Positions 43,677 through 55,344 of a stretch of 64,000 bases of DNA are shown piece by piece (the stretch's first letter is position 1; the number at the start of each line of letters is the position of its first letter). Below the pieces are notes generated by a model. That model saw nothing but the letters and a program-made list of their open reading frames with translations. It did no database searches and was not told the origin of the DNA. Origin of the DNA: Naegleria gruberi (lineage: Eukaryota). The stretch lies in assembly GCA_000004985.1 (NCBI GenBank), contig GG738852.1; one strand, given 5' to 3'. Both the position numbers and the translations under genes were made by a program.

Positions 43677-45785
43677 ATGTTCTCCTCCAACAAGGCTCTC
43701 GAAGGTGAAATCAGTGATTCACCCCGTAGACATTCTCTCAATATTACGAGTTCTCTGACGGTCAACCCTCCAAAGGCAGCACAATCACTCAATTCAGAGC
43801 AAATGAAAGAGATGAAAAAAGAGAAACGAATTCCTTCGATTCTTCCGAGTAAATTGATGAAATTCAAGACGAAATCATCCGATACATCATGTAGGTTCAC
43901 TATTTACCTCCCTTTCGAATAGTTCGAAAAATTTCGAATATATTTTATTTCGAATAACAGTTGATAAACAAGAATTGAAACAATTATTGGAACAATTTAC
44001 CGCAATCGATGCCAATCAAAAAAAGAATGGACAAATCAGTTTACATGAATTTCTCGTTTGTCTCGGAAGATTAAACGGAAATGAAGATTGCATACTTGAC
44101 AATTGTCAGGCAGATGTCGTTCTAGGAAAGATTTTATTCAGAGCTTTCGATAAAGATAACAGTGGTTCAATTGATTATCGTGAATTCTTAGCAACAATGG
44201 CAATTCTTTCAAAAGGAACAATTGAACAAAAATTGGAATTTGCATTTTCAATGATTGATTTGGATAATGATAAGAAATTGAGTAGAGAGGAATTGCAGAA
44301 AGTTATCGTAGCTCTCTATAAGGTTTTACAATCTTTGGGGTTGAATAGTATGCCAGATCCAATTGTTTATGCCAACAAATTGTTTGATGATATGGATGAG
44401 GATAAATGTGGATATTTGACTTTGGAGGCGTATAAGAAGGGGGCTACGAGGAATTCTAATGTTTTTCTTGGAATGGGATTGTTGGAAAATTCGGATAATG
44501 AAACTATAGGTAGGTTTGAGATTCAAATTTTTGAAATCAATGTGAAATAGAATTTGATGAAAATGGAATCAAGTTACTGAATGAAACTGATTTGAAAAAT
44601 AGAAGTAGCAATGATCCTTCCAAGGCACCTGGTAAAATTATTGGATTTGGAAGTAAAAAGTGGAATTTATGTTTAAATATGATGATTGGCATTCGTCTCT
44701 CCTCTGATTGCATTGGTTCAATTGATCAGAGAGATGTTAGAATGGAAGATTTCAGTGTGAGACTCATGTTTAATTTACCAAAAGATTCCAATAGAAATAT
44801 GACTAATCCAGAGCTATCTGAAATTGATGAGGAGGAAGATGTTGGAGCTACATTTATTGATTATGCACCTTTCGTATTCAAACACATTAGAAAAATGACT
44901 GGAATCAGTGAGGATAGTTACATGATGAGTTTGGGACCTGAACAATTATTGGGAGGTCTCTTATTGGGAAGTTTGTCAACTCTTTCGTGTTCCATATCAG
45001 ATGGTAAATCAGGTTCATTCTTCTTTTATAGTAGTGATCGTAAATTTATGGTCAAGACAATTTCAAAGTCTGAAGTGGCATGTTTGAAAAGAATCTTACC
45101 ATTCTATTACAATCACATGATTTCGAATCCAGATTCTTTAATTGTCAGAATTTTGGGTTTCCATGAAATGGTAATTGACAATGAAAAGTTTAACTTTATT
45201 GTAATGGGAAGTATTTTCCCACAATCAAGATCGATTGACGAACTCTATGATTTGAAAGGATCAACTCATGGAAGAAAGAATCCAAATGGATTTTGTAAGA
45301 AGGATCTCGACTTGATTGAGAAGGAAAGAAAATTCAAAATTGGAAATGAAAACAAACTATTGTACATGAAAATCATTGAGAAGGATGTTGAATTTCTCTC
45401 AAAATGTAATTTATTGGACTATTCACTATTGGTTGGAGTTTGCAATGCTTCGAGAAATATCAAACAAGATCAAGAAGTTGGAATTAATGTAAACTTGGTC
45501 GAAAGTTCTCCAAGAAAGAATAGTGGAAGTCTTGCTGGTTCCAGATTTTCCAGAAGAAACAAGTGTGTCTGTGGAATTCCAAGTATTGATATTGCAAGAG
45601 AATTGCAAGACGATGGAGAAGTGTACTATATTGGAATAATCGATATCTTGACAGAATATAATAGAAAGAAGGAAGCTGAACACACTTTGAAGAGTATCAC
45701 AAACAAATCGGATACTATTAGTGCCATTCCTGCAAAGCCGTATTCTGAAAGATTTTTCAAATTCATGCATCAATGTTTCGAATAA
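43677..45785 (+). CDS. NCS/recoverin-like 4x EF-hand domain fused to a phosphatidylinositol-4-phosphate 5-kinase (PIPK) catalytic domain. Exons 43677..43890, 43961..44509, 44551..45785
   Basis: EF loops DANQKKNGQISLHEF, DKDNSGSIDYREF, DLDNDKKLSREEL, DMDEDKCGYLTLEAY. PIPK core: GKSGSFFFYSSDRKFMVKTIS, ILPFYYNHM, LIVRILGFH, DLKGST, LLDYSLLVG, GIIDILTEY. The 41-nt intron (GTAGGT..TAG) joins the EF-hand exon to the kinase exon in frame. The kinase exon has no ATG of its own. Confidence 0.75.
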
Positions 45786-45822
45786 TAAATGATATGAAAA
45801 TTTTGTACAAAATTTGGTGATT

Positions 45823-47364
45823 TTAATCTTGATTAATTCTAGTTCTGTGTGGTATTGTAATTCTGTAACCTTTTTGTAACTCCCCTATTTCTTTACCTGT
45901 TCCTCCAGTTACCATTGCATCATCGTCAAAGAAGAAAAAGCTAGTCTTGGAAAGTGCCTTGTACTTTTGGTTTTCAGGTTCCTTAATCGATTTGGCATCA
46001 AATACCATATCATAAATGTGTAAAAAGTCATAATCCTCCCTTCCTGTATCACTAACCCAAAAGTTTTCAATCTCTGTCGATCTTTCCAAGCTGTACTTTT
46101 TAGCAAATCCTCCAATAATTGATAAATGTGAAATAGTAATACCAAAAATATCTAATTGAGCTCTAGATTTAAATTCAATAGCTTCGTTATTTACAATAAA
46201 CTCAACCTCTTCCTTGGAAACTTGAAGTGAGGTAGCAACTTCTTCAATCCAGTTTGGATTATTCACAAACACATCAGCTGTTTCCTTAATAATTGACTTG
46301 ACTGCCTTGGAATAAAAGTATTTCAGTCTATATTGGCCTCGCTTCAACTCTTCAAAATATCCATACTTATTAGAAATGACACTATCTAAATTCAATCTCG
46401 ACAATACAGCCGAAACAAAATGTTGACTATTACAATTGGATTCGTCATAGTAATGTTTGCCGTTATATTTACAGCAAACTCTAGCAATATTAATAAGAGC
46501 CATTGAGACTTTCTTAGTTCCTTCAATCTTGGAGATGGGAACCAATTTTAATTTTCTTCTATTTGTATGTGTTCTGATATTACTGACAACATGCCTAGAT
46601 GAAGACCAAAAGAGGACGGCAGTACCCACTTGAAGAGCTAGAGGTAAAATGCCTTCTCTTTCCTCTCCCATGGTATTGAAATCTTCCAAAAAGATGAGTC
46701 CAATATTTAAACTGCTCATAGCAGCGGATTCTTTTGTAAGCTCATTCATTGATAGGAATACATCCAATACGAATCTGTCTGGAAGAATCAAGTTTTGTAT
46801 TTCTGCATTCGTCAAGTGTTCATTTCCTGTAAAATTACGTTTAGTTTGTTTAAACAGGGTAACATTCTCACGTTCCTCACTCGTAAGCACATCATCATCC
46901 CAGACACTTTCCAGAACTTCTATCGATTTCTCCAAGTTGATTCCATGAATGGCATATGATTGTTGAGTTGGTGATAAATCCTTTCCAGCATTACGCAAGT
47001 TAGAAAATGACGATGATGGATAGAGTAAATGATGGTTTTGACTGGTCATGTTAGGTAGAGAATTTACAGCAACAATTGGTTGTGCACTTGTTTCAATATT
47101 TGGTGGCAAATCCAAGTTTCGTTGAATTACATCAGGTGATGAGATGGATGCTTTTGTACTACTCGCAGTAATGGAACTATTGATGAAATTTTGTGTGGTT
47201 GATGTAGATCCTCCCTTCTTACATTTCTCAATGTATTTTAATAAATCATCCATGGTTGGCTCGTCGAAATGTTCCAAACCTTCCTGACGAGCCTCCATTC
47301 TATTCGAAACCATCTCAGACCTACTCACTGCAGATTCCGAATAACAAGGAAAAGGCTGACCCAT
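45823..47364 (-). CDS. Hypothetical protein, possibly with a PPPDE/DeSI-like permuted-papain domain
   Basis: The His..NCNSQHFVSAVL arrangement is reminiscent of the PPPDE H/C dyad. Weak. The ORF track start is TTG; the first ATG gives MGQPFPCY. Confidence 0.35.
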   Translation of the reverse strand: MGQPFPCYSESAVSRSEMVSNRMEARQEGLEHFDEPTMDDLLKYIEKCKKGGSTSTTQNFINSSITASSTKASISSPDVIQRNLDLPPNIETSAQPIVAVNSLPNMTSQNHHLLYPSSSFSNLRNAGKDLSPTQQSYAIHGINLEKSIEVLESVWDDDVLTSEERENVTLFKQTKRNFTGNEHLTNAEIQNLILPDRFVLDVFLSMNELTKESAAMSSLNIGLIFLEDFNTMGEEREGILPLALQVGTAVLFWSSSRHVVSNIRTHTNRRKLKLVPISKIEGTKKVSMALINIARVCCKYNGKHYYDESNCNSQHFVSAVLSRLNLDSVISNKYGYFEELKRGQYRLKYFYSKAVKSIIKETADVFVNNPNWIEEVATSLQVSKEEVEFIVNNEAIEFKSRAQLDIFGITISHLSIIGGFAKKYSLERSTEIENFWVSDTGREDYDFLHIYDMVFDAKSIKEPENQKYKALSKTSFFFFDDDAMVTGGTGKEIGELQKGYRITIPHRTRINQD

Positions 47365-48416
47365 TTTCTCTTTCAAAGCCTAGTTGACTCAATATGTACA
47401 CTATAGAAGCAACACGAGCCTCTACTTTAATATTATTATTATATAAATTGATTTACTACTAGTAAGTAATTTTGGTAATCTCCTCTCAGAACAAAAACAG
47501 GCTAATTTTTCTCTCCTCCTTCGTTTCTGCTCTTTTCTCGCTTGTTGCTTGTTGTATTTTTGTTGTTTTTTTTTTGGTTTTTTCTCCCCCAAAAACAACC
47601 GCAGACTTGCCGTTATCAGCACCTAATATCAATTATCAAAGCCTGAAAATAAAAATAACAGCAACGAGAGACAAGATTATCGATATTGTTATTATTAGCA
47701 TTGCATCATCACCATGAGCAGAAGAATTTCTGCAACATCATATTATTCATACAACTGAATGATGGCATTTCGTATCTTTAACCAACAGGTCACTCCAAAA
47801 TGTTCATCAAAATGCACAATTAGCAAGTGAAAGGTGAAAGATGTTTCGAATAAGGAGTGAGTGATGAAGAATGCATAGTAATTGGTAATAGAGAACATAC
47901 ATTGTGGTGAGAGATGGGTATTTTTCAAAGTTTGAGTGTCTAAATATGAAATGTTGTAAACTATTGTTAGATGAGTGAAGAAAAGAATGATTCGTAAACG
48001 AAGGGATTGTAGATTAAACAAGATGGAGAAGGATTAATATTGGGATAGAGTTTGAATAAATGATGACTGTTCTCATTAACTGGTAAAAGAAGGAGAAGAA
48101 AGTTTATTAGAATGTAGAAGGAGGGTCACAGGATTTCGAATATTATTGGAATAGTGTATTCGAACTGTTCGCCATTTATCTAGATGCGAAAACTGTTCAT
48201 TGGAATGGAGAAATGCTAGAATGTTTCCAAGTGATTCTTTCCAATATTGATTATTTCGTTTCGAATGGAAAGGTTTCTCTTTAATGACTAATAGTACACT
48301 AACATATTCTCTACAGCACATTTATTTGCCTGATTGAACAAGTTTGTTAAGCATTTCCAAATAAATGTTTGTTAAAACTGTTGTACTGGATAACGATTAA
48401 AATTCAAAAAAAGAAA

Positions 48417-48656
48417 ATGTCTAATTTGGAAGCATTTACAGTTTCACAACCTCAACAAGTGAATGAAGATCATAGTGCATTAGTAAGGACACTGATTGAT
48501 GAAAGTAATCAATTGCCAGTTAAAACACTTGTAGAAATTTACGAACATAACATTATTGGATCAATAACCACTTCCACACAACCAATCATGAATCATAAAA
48601 TTGTAAATAAGGAAGAGGAGGAGGCAGAGATTTTCATCCGACAAGTGTACTATTAA
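48417..48656 (+). CDS. Small hypothetical ORF (79 aa)
   Basis: Within ORF 48369..48656, ATG at 48417 (MSNLEAFTVSQPQQ). It sits at the edge of the 1-kb ORF-free region. It may not be a real gene. Confidence 0.2.
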   Translation: MSNLEAFTVSQPQQVNEDHSALVRTLIDESNQLPVKTLVEIYEHNIIGSITTSTQPIMNHKIVNKEEEEAEIFIRQVYY

Positions 48657-48696
48657 TAAAGTGATACTTATTATGATGATGCTTTTATTCCTACAT

Positions 48697-51600
48697 TTAA
48701 GGGAACATGATGAGTGGCATTGAGTATTCCTTTTCATTTCTGAGAATGGATAAACATTGAGTGAGGAATTTTGTGAGTTTGAGTTCAGGAGCAGGTTCTG
48801 GTGATGATCCAGTGCTTGAAGTATTGCTGGTGAGAGGTTGCATTGGAAGAGAGGTTGTTTCACTCCAATAACATTCATACATTACCATGAGGAATTCCAC
48901 AAATTTTCTATAGCAACCATCTGGAACAAAGGTCATCATGCTTGATGGGAGAGATTGAGTGATTTGAAGATGAAGTGAAGTGGCATCTAATAGGTCAGTC
49001 CAAGGGAAGAGGAATACAGGATACTGATCATCTTCTATGGATGATTCGACTGATTTGATAACTCGTGGAATGTCAGAGAGCACTTTGGATAATTTCAAAA
49101 ACTCAATATGTTCGTACTTTTTCTTGTATGATTTGCTTGATGGTTTCTTTCCGTATTTTACAATTGGAATGTGGAATGGCATGTTGATTTTAACATCATC
49201 ATTTTCTCTAGTTTCACATGTTGGTACTAGATGGAGCTTTTCACACATGACATTACTCCAAATCCAGTACTTTCTCTCATCCTCTGCTGATTGAATAAAT
49301 TTAGGATCGTCACTAGAGTAAAAGCAAAAGAATTTTGGTCTTGTCTTGTTTTTTGGAACGAAACCAGATTCCACTCGCTTCTTACTTCTCGTTAATATAT
49401 CCCTAATTGACATGCATCTTACTGCATTCTCCTCAAATATTAATTCCCAAGGAATTGCTTGCAGAGAGGTTGGAGCAATGAGAGTGATAGGTGTCGAAGG
49501 AGTTGGAATCATTTCTGGTTTTGGCATTGGAACACTCTTCTTTTTTGTAAAAGTACTCGTTTTTTGATTCATACTGGAGCAATAGTTAAACTTGTCAAAT
49601 CCATTCCTTTTCATATATTCAGCATTTTCCAAAAATTGGACAGGATCAGGTTTGTACGAAAGAATGTCGTTGATTGAGGAGAAGTGGTCTTTCAACATGG
49701 CAATGTTGGACTTGTTCATGATCTTTTCCTTCTTATCTCTCATACTCTCTGTGATTATTGCCTTGATAAATTCAGACATGCTAACATCTTCTGTTTTTTC
49801 CATGCTATGAATGGTCTTGTAAAAGATATTGGTAGATACGGAACCAAGGAGTCTACTGAAGGAAGCATTAGGATCAAAAGTATCATTTACCTTTGCTACA
49901 TCATGCTCAGTATTCAGGAAAAGTTTACCTCCAAATGATACAAACTTTTTCTGCAACAAGTTAGGAATGTAAAAACTAATGACATTATCAAAATGTGAGA
50001 GGAGAACAATTCTTTCAAAGCATTTGGTTTTCTTCAATTTCTTAAAAGCACGTTTAAGAGGAGTGAGACATGGGGCTAGGGAAGCTTGCTTTTGTACATT
50101 GGCATTGTGGGTATTAGCGTCTATTACTTGCAAATTCATAGTATTCTTCAATGTTCCTGAAATAAGCACACCTTTAGACTCATTGAATGTTGACAGCAGT
50201 GACTCTACTACAGATTTATCACCTGGAAGTAATGTCAAATTGGATGAATCTAATAACTCTATGGAATTAATAGTCTTTGTACTGTCATTTGAAAGTTTGG
50301 AGCTCTTGTTGTAGAATGATCTCTTTTTGTGAGTTGAGAGTTTGCTTTCTCTAACAGCATTCATCAAGTTATACAATCTTCTCATGGATTGTTGATTCTT
50401 AAATCTCAATTGACCATCAATTTCTCCTGGATATTTTCTTCTATCAAACTTCATACTCAACAAGCAATAGAATAATCTTTCACAAACTCTGTGCTTGAGA
50501 TGTGTTCTGTGAGAGTCTTCTTTTGGTTCGATTTTATAGGTGGCATCCAGTGAGGACTTTAGAGTTGGTGATCTCAACATGGATGAAAAGGAAAATCCCT
50601 TGAGGGGCAATGTTAATGTTGATGGAGTGTTCACTTTGTTAAGACCTTCATACGGCTTGTTTTTATCCAATAATTCTGGATCAATGAAACAGGAAATTCT
50701 AGTGACCTTGGCATCATTTTGTTCAATGGAGAGACAGGTAGGTTCTTGAGTTCTCTTCAATGACATTTCATATTCCATTGATAATATGTAGAATGTATCA
50801 AAAACTCCAATATTGGTATTAATGAAGGTAGTTTCAAAGAGTAGCAATAATCTAACACAACGTTTCAAGAGTAGTAGAATTTTTTCTAGCATTGCAGGGG
50901 TAGCTCCACTCGAAACAACAACCTGAGAACTATTGTCAACAAAGAGAGTAAAGAAAATGTCTCGCATTTCACACCAATACTTTTTAGAACTGTGTGTTCT
51001 TCCTTGGAGATATCTGCATTCGGCTGCAGTTAAATTCACATCCATACACATAAATACATCAGATGCAGTTACAGCAACATCAAGTGTTGGTTCAATATAA
51101 TCATTAAATACTTCTTCAAGGTCAATGTATGTCATTTTTGAATCATTGGAACATAGATCAAGATAATCTTCTGGCTTTTTAGACATGACAGTAACTGGAG
51201 TAAACATATAGTCAACCAAGACTTGGGCGATCAAAATGTCCATCTTGGCTAAGCTAATCTCATTCGAACAGGCTTCATAATATTTCTTTGCTTTTTGGAA
51301 GCAATCTACAGAGTCAGAAATAATTATAGCCAAAGAATCATAAACAGGTCTCTTGGAATAGAGATATTTTTCCTTTGGTGCATCTCTGAGAACTTCTGAT
51401 TTTTGAATCAGTGTCAAAATTGAAAGCCTATCTTTCTCTGATGGTATCAATTCATTTGGGAAAGATATTGGATGACTCCATTTGGCAACACTCATCAATA
51501 TTTTTCCTTTCAGTTTGAAGAGTTGAGCCAGTGTTGAAAATGTTCTATTGCACCTATAGAGAGCAATGTTGATTGTCTCAATGGAGTTTCCAAACATTGA

Positions 51601-54600
51601 CCTCTTCATATAGTACTTGGTTATAATTTCTAGTAACCTCATTTCTTGTTGTTGCTGAAGTTGCATAAAGTTATTCTCCATAATCATTTCCAATTCTTTT
51701 AAAACCCTTTCACATTCCTTGAACCATTTCTTTTTTAAATAGGCCTCAGCCAGAGTAATGTAGAGATCTGGATTTTTGATAGAGAGTGAAGATTGAATGA
51801 GGCCAAGGCAAATATTGACACATCTTTCTAAATTTCCACCATTTAAGAGTAATTTAGCATAATCAATTTCAAGTTCCATCTTGAAATCAAATGATGATGA
51901 GAGGGATTTGATCGTTTCCAGAGCATCTCTTTTAACTCTCTCAGCATTTCTGAATTCACCTTTTTCCATAAATAAGGCAGATAATTTTGAGGAAATATTT
52001 GCAATTACTGCCACACGTTTGTCACGGCAAGCTTTTTCATTCAGGATGGTATAATATCTGATGGATCTACTCCAATCATCACTCTTAACGGCAAGGGCTG
52101 CCAACTCATCAATAAACTTGTAGTCATGATCTGAGGAGAGAAGTCTATAGTTTTGAGTGTACATCTCGTAAATAATTGATGCATACTGTGGCTTTCTGTT
52201 TGAATAGAGGGCGTCTCCAAATTTTCTCATTGCTTTAAGTGCTTCTGCACTTACAATTGTTGGAATTCCCACACAAAGAGGAGGACATTTTTGGAATAGA
52301 TAAACACTTTCAAAAAGTGCACACTCTCCAAGTCTGGTCATGTCAGAATCACCCTGTTTGGCCCAAAAAGATCCCAACGAATAAGCTACATAGGCTTTGT
52401 TCTTTGAGATACCCATTCTACTGTAAAATTTGCTGAACATGACAGCAATTCTCTCGTGAGAACTTAATAGTGGATGTCTGAATTGAGGTATCCATGTCTC
52501 AGAGCCAGCATGTTTTCTCAATGTAGAATCATACAATTCTAATAATGTTACAATTAGTGCTCCACAGTCACACAAGCTTGGGAAGCTAAAATAGGGGGAA
52601 TTGAATGTGGTACCCATGGTTGAGGAGCCAACAAAAATAGGTGCATCCCTAATCTTTTGATCAACTACAGAGTAGAAGAGTGCATTATTTTCCATTCCTT
52701 CCTCTGGTATGTCAAAGACTTCATTGAAAATCATGGCCAAAGTGGTAAAAACTTCGCTAATACTGTCAAAATCAGGGAACATGCCAGTTTCTAATTGGAA
52801 TATGTGGTACTTGATTTGAATTTCACATTGGAGAACAATAATGCTTGCTCTCTGAGTTGGATAAGCATTGAACAGCAGGGAAATCATTTCAGTATATTGA
52901 GCACTCTGTTTTGGATCTTCCAAATTGAATAATCTTGTAGAATTTGCACTTTTCAATAAATCTACACAAATGTGAAAGAGGTATGCTCTCTCATTTAGAG
53001 CGAGTTTGTTAACAACTTCAGGTGTCATATTTTCGAAAAATTTAACCAGAATACTCTGAGTAGTAATTTGCTCCTTTGCAATATGAATCAGTCTGTAACA
53101 AATTTCATAGAAATTCTCAATAAACTCCATTGAAAAGTCATAGCTTTGCACTCTCTTCTCCAACCTCGAGAGGAGAAAATTTGTTAAATCATCTCTAGAG
53201 CAAGAGTCAATCACATTCTGATCTTTGACTTTTTTAGGTATTAGAGATTGAAACCACAGCAACAATTCACGTTTTCCTTCATGGAATGATTTTCCACCAA
53301 TCAATCCTTTAGTTAAAACAACTTCTGGTAGCATTAGCTCTTCCTTGTAAGTCCTCGATTTAAAGAGTCTATACTTGTTAGGGAAGAATTCTTCTTCGAA
53401 AAGATCATTTTCTTCATCTTTAGATTCCCTGTCGTCTGTTTTATCTCCAAATAAAATCCCAGCCAATGAAGATTTTGGAGCAGAATTAAAATCAATTTCA
53501 TCTCCCCAATCACTCTCACTATCACTTTCATCACTATCCTCTTGCCACTTGGATTTCTTTGGAAGATCGGTATTGGTTTTTTCTTTTTGCTCGATTTCTT
53601 TCAGAACCTTGTCCATCTTTCCATAAATTTCAAGTTCCAATTCACTAAAGTTTTCACTACATGCATCTTCAGGCATGTCAATTTCCTCCATAGATGAAAA
53701 AATCAATGTACTTCCCTTTCCAAGTCTGTTGACCAAATGTAAAACTCGTTTTGCCAATTCCATTTCAGAAAGAGCTCGCAAACAAATACCCATATAATAT
53801 ACAATCAAGAGAAAAACTTCGAGATTTAACACAGAGACAAAACCTGTCGAAGTGTACGACGTCAAATCACGAAGAGCAGGCACAAGAAATGATGCCAATA
53901 CCTTGTACAAGTATTTCTTTTCACTAATTGTCATTTCGAGACTATTAAAAGTAGGTTTGATAATCTCACTCATATCTTGTGAATTGATCATTTCCTCTGC
54001 CAAACACAGTAAAATTTCTGAATGTAAAATCCGTGTGGACAGTACAATAAATGATGGTGAATTTGAGCAAATAAAATCAGATGGAGCAACAGATTGCAGA
54101 AGAGCATCAGTTTTCTCCTGTGCACTTTCCAGATATTCATTTGCATCGTCAACTTTTTTCTTTTGTTTGAGGATAATGGATTTGAGGAATAGACATTTCG
54201 AGTGTAGCAGTTCAATTTTTGGTACAAATTTACCATATTGATTATTGGTGGCCAACTCCTCAACCCTAGACAGTTGGGCAAAAGATTCGGCAAACTGTTT
54301 GTGTTCTCTGTGAATTTGAGCAATTTCCAATCGTTTTGTCATTTCATTAGCAAGAAGTGTTTCATACTCTTCTGTTGTTGCACATGTTGGATCCCTATCA
54401 TCGTCCTTATAGTATTTTCCAATTAAATTATCCAATTGTTCGTTCAAAACTCTGACATCTCGGAAGAGTGACCACTTTTGATCTAAAACAATTGTATTGG
54501 CATCACCGTAACCATTATGTAAATCCAAAATCCTCTCTGTTTCAGCTCCCTCCTCAATAACACTATTCAAATCATGATCCGACTCTGTTTTAGAATTACT

Positions 54601-55148
54601 CTTATTGGTGATAATGTAGGTGATATTCTGTTGGGGATTTAAACTCACAAATGATACATTGGGTGAGAAGTTTGAATTCAATCCGGCATAGGTTGTTGTA
54701 GTAATTGTTGAGGCATCAGAGAGAAATCTATTGTGATACTTGTGTTGATGTTCCTTCAGGGACCGATGTTTGGTTTGTGTTGCTGTTGTATTGTTATTAT
54801 TATTATTGGATGATGAGGTAATATTGATTTTAGAGTCATCACTAACGGATAATGAAATTGATTTAGTTACACTCAACATTTGCTTCTTCCGATCTTCCTC
54901 TGATTGTATCCAAAATTGAGGAAGTTTAGATTGGTTCTTGAAGAATGTTGCTTGGATGGGAAGGATGGGTCGTAAATCGTTACATTTTTCAGCTAATGAT
55001 ATTAAAGATGATGATGAACACAAATGTTTCTCCTTTTCTACTGCTTACCTGCTATTACGAAAGATTCGATAAATTGAATTTCTAGAGCCAGTTGCTCGTT
55101 GAGTTGGTCGAATGATGTGACCGTACTGGCTGATTGTGTTCTTTGCAT
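48697..55148 (-). CDS. Giant TPR/helical-repeat protein (~2140 aa) with a 5' mini-exon. Exons 55148..55049, 54992..48697
   Basis: The 6-frame ORF begins with TTG. Upstream exon MQRTQSASTVTSFDQLNEQLALEIQFIESFVIA ends in a phase-1 GTAAGC donor. A 56-nt intron (54993..55048) joins it in frame to ..AEKCNDLRPIL. TPR-like blocks around 51.0–52.5 kb. No catalytic signature found. Confidence 0.6.
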
Positions 55149-55344
55149 GTTTTTTTTAATGATGATGGCTGACGGAATGATCTGTTGAGTTTTGTTTCAG
55201 TGATAATGAATGAATATTAAAATGGTTGCTCGTACGTTTCATTAGGTTTTTTATTCTTCTTGGTTTATCTTTGCAATATTTGAACATGTTGAAGTTTGAC
55301 ATTTAAGGATATCTCTCACTACTAAGGTTCCTTCTCGAAAATTT

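Noticed and set aside
48697-49500. Separase (peptidase C50) identity for the giant protein
   Set aside because: The size, the TPR-like body and an IPWE motif fit separase. The catalytic GHG..GCSS dyad is absent from the C-terminal region in every frame I read. I kept the gene as 'unknown, separase-like at best'.
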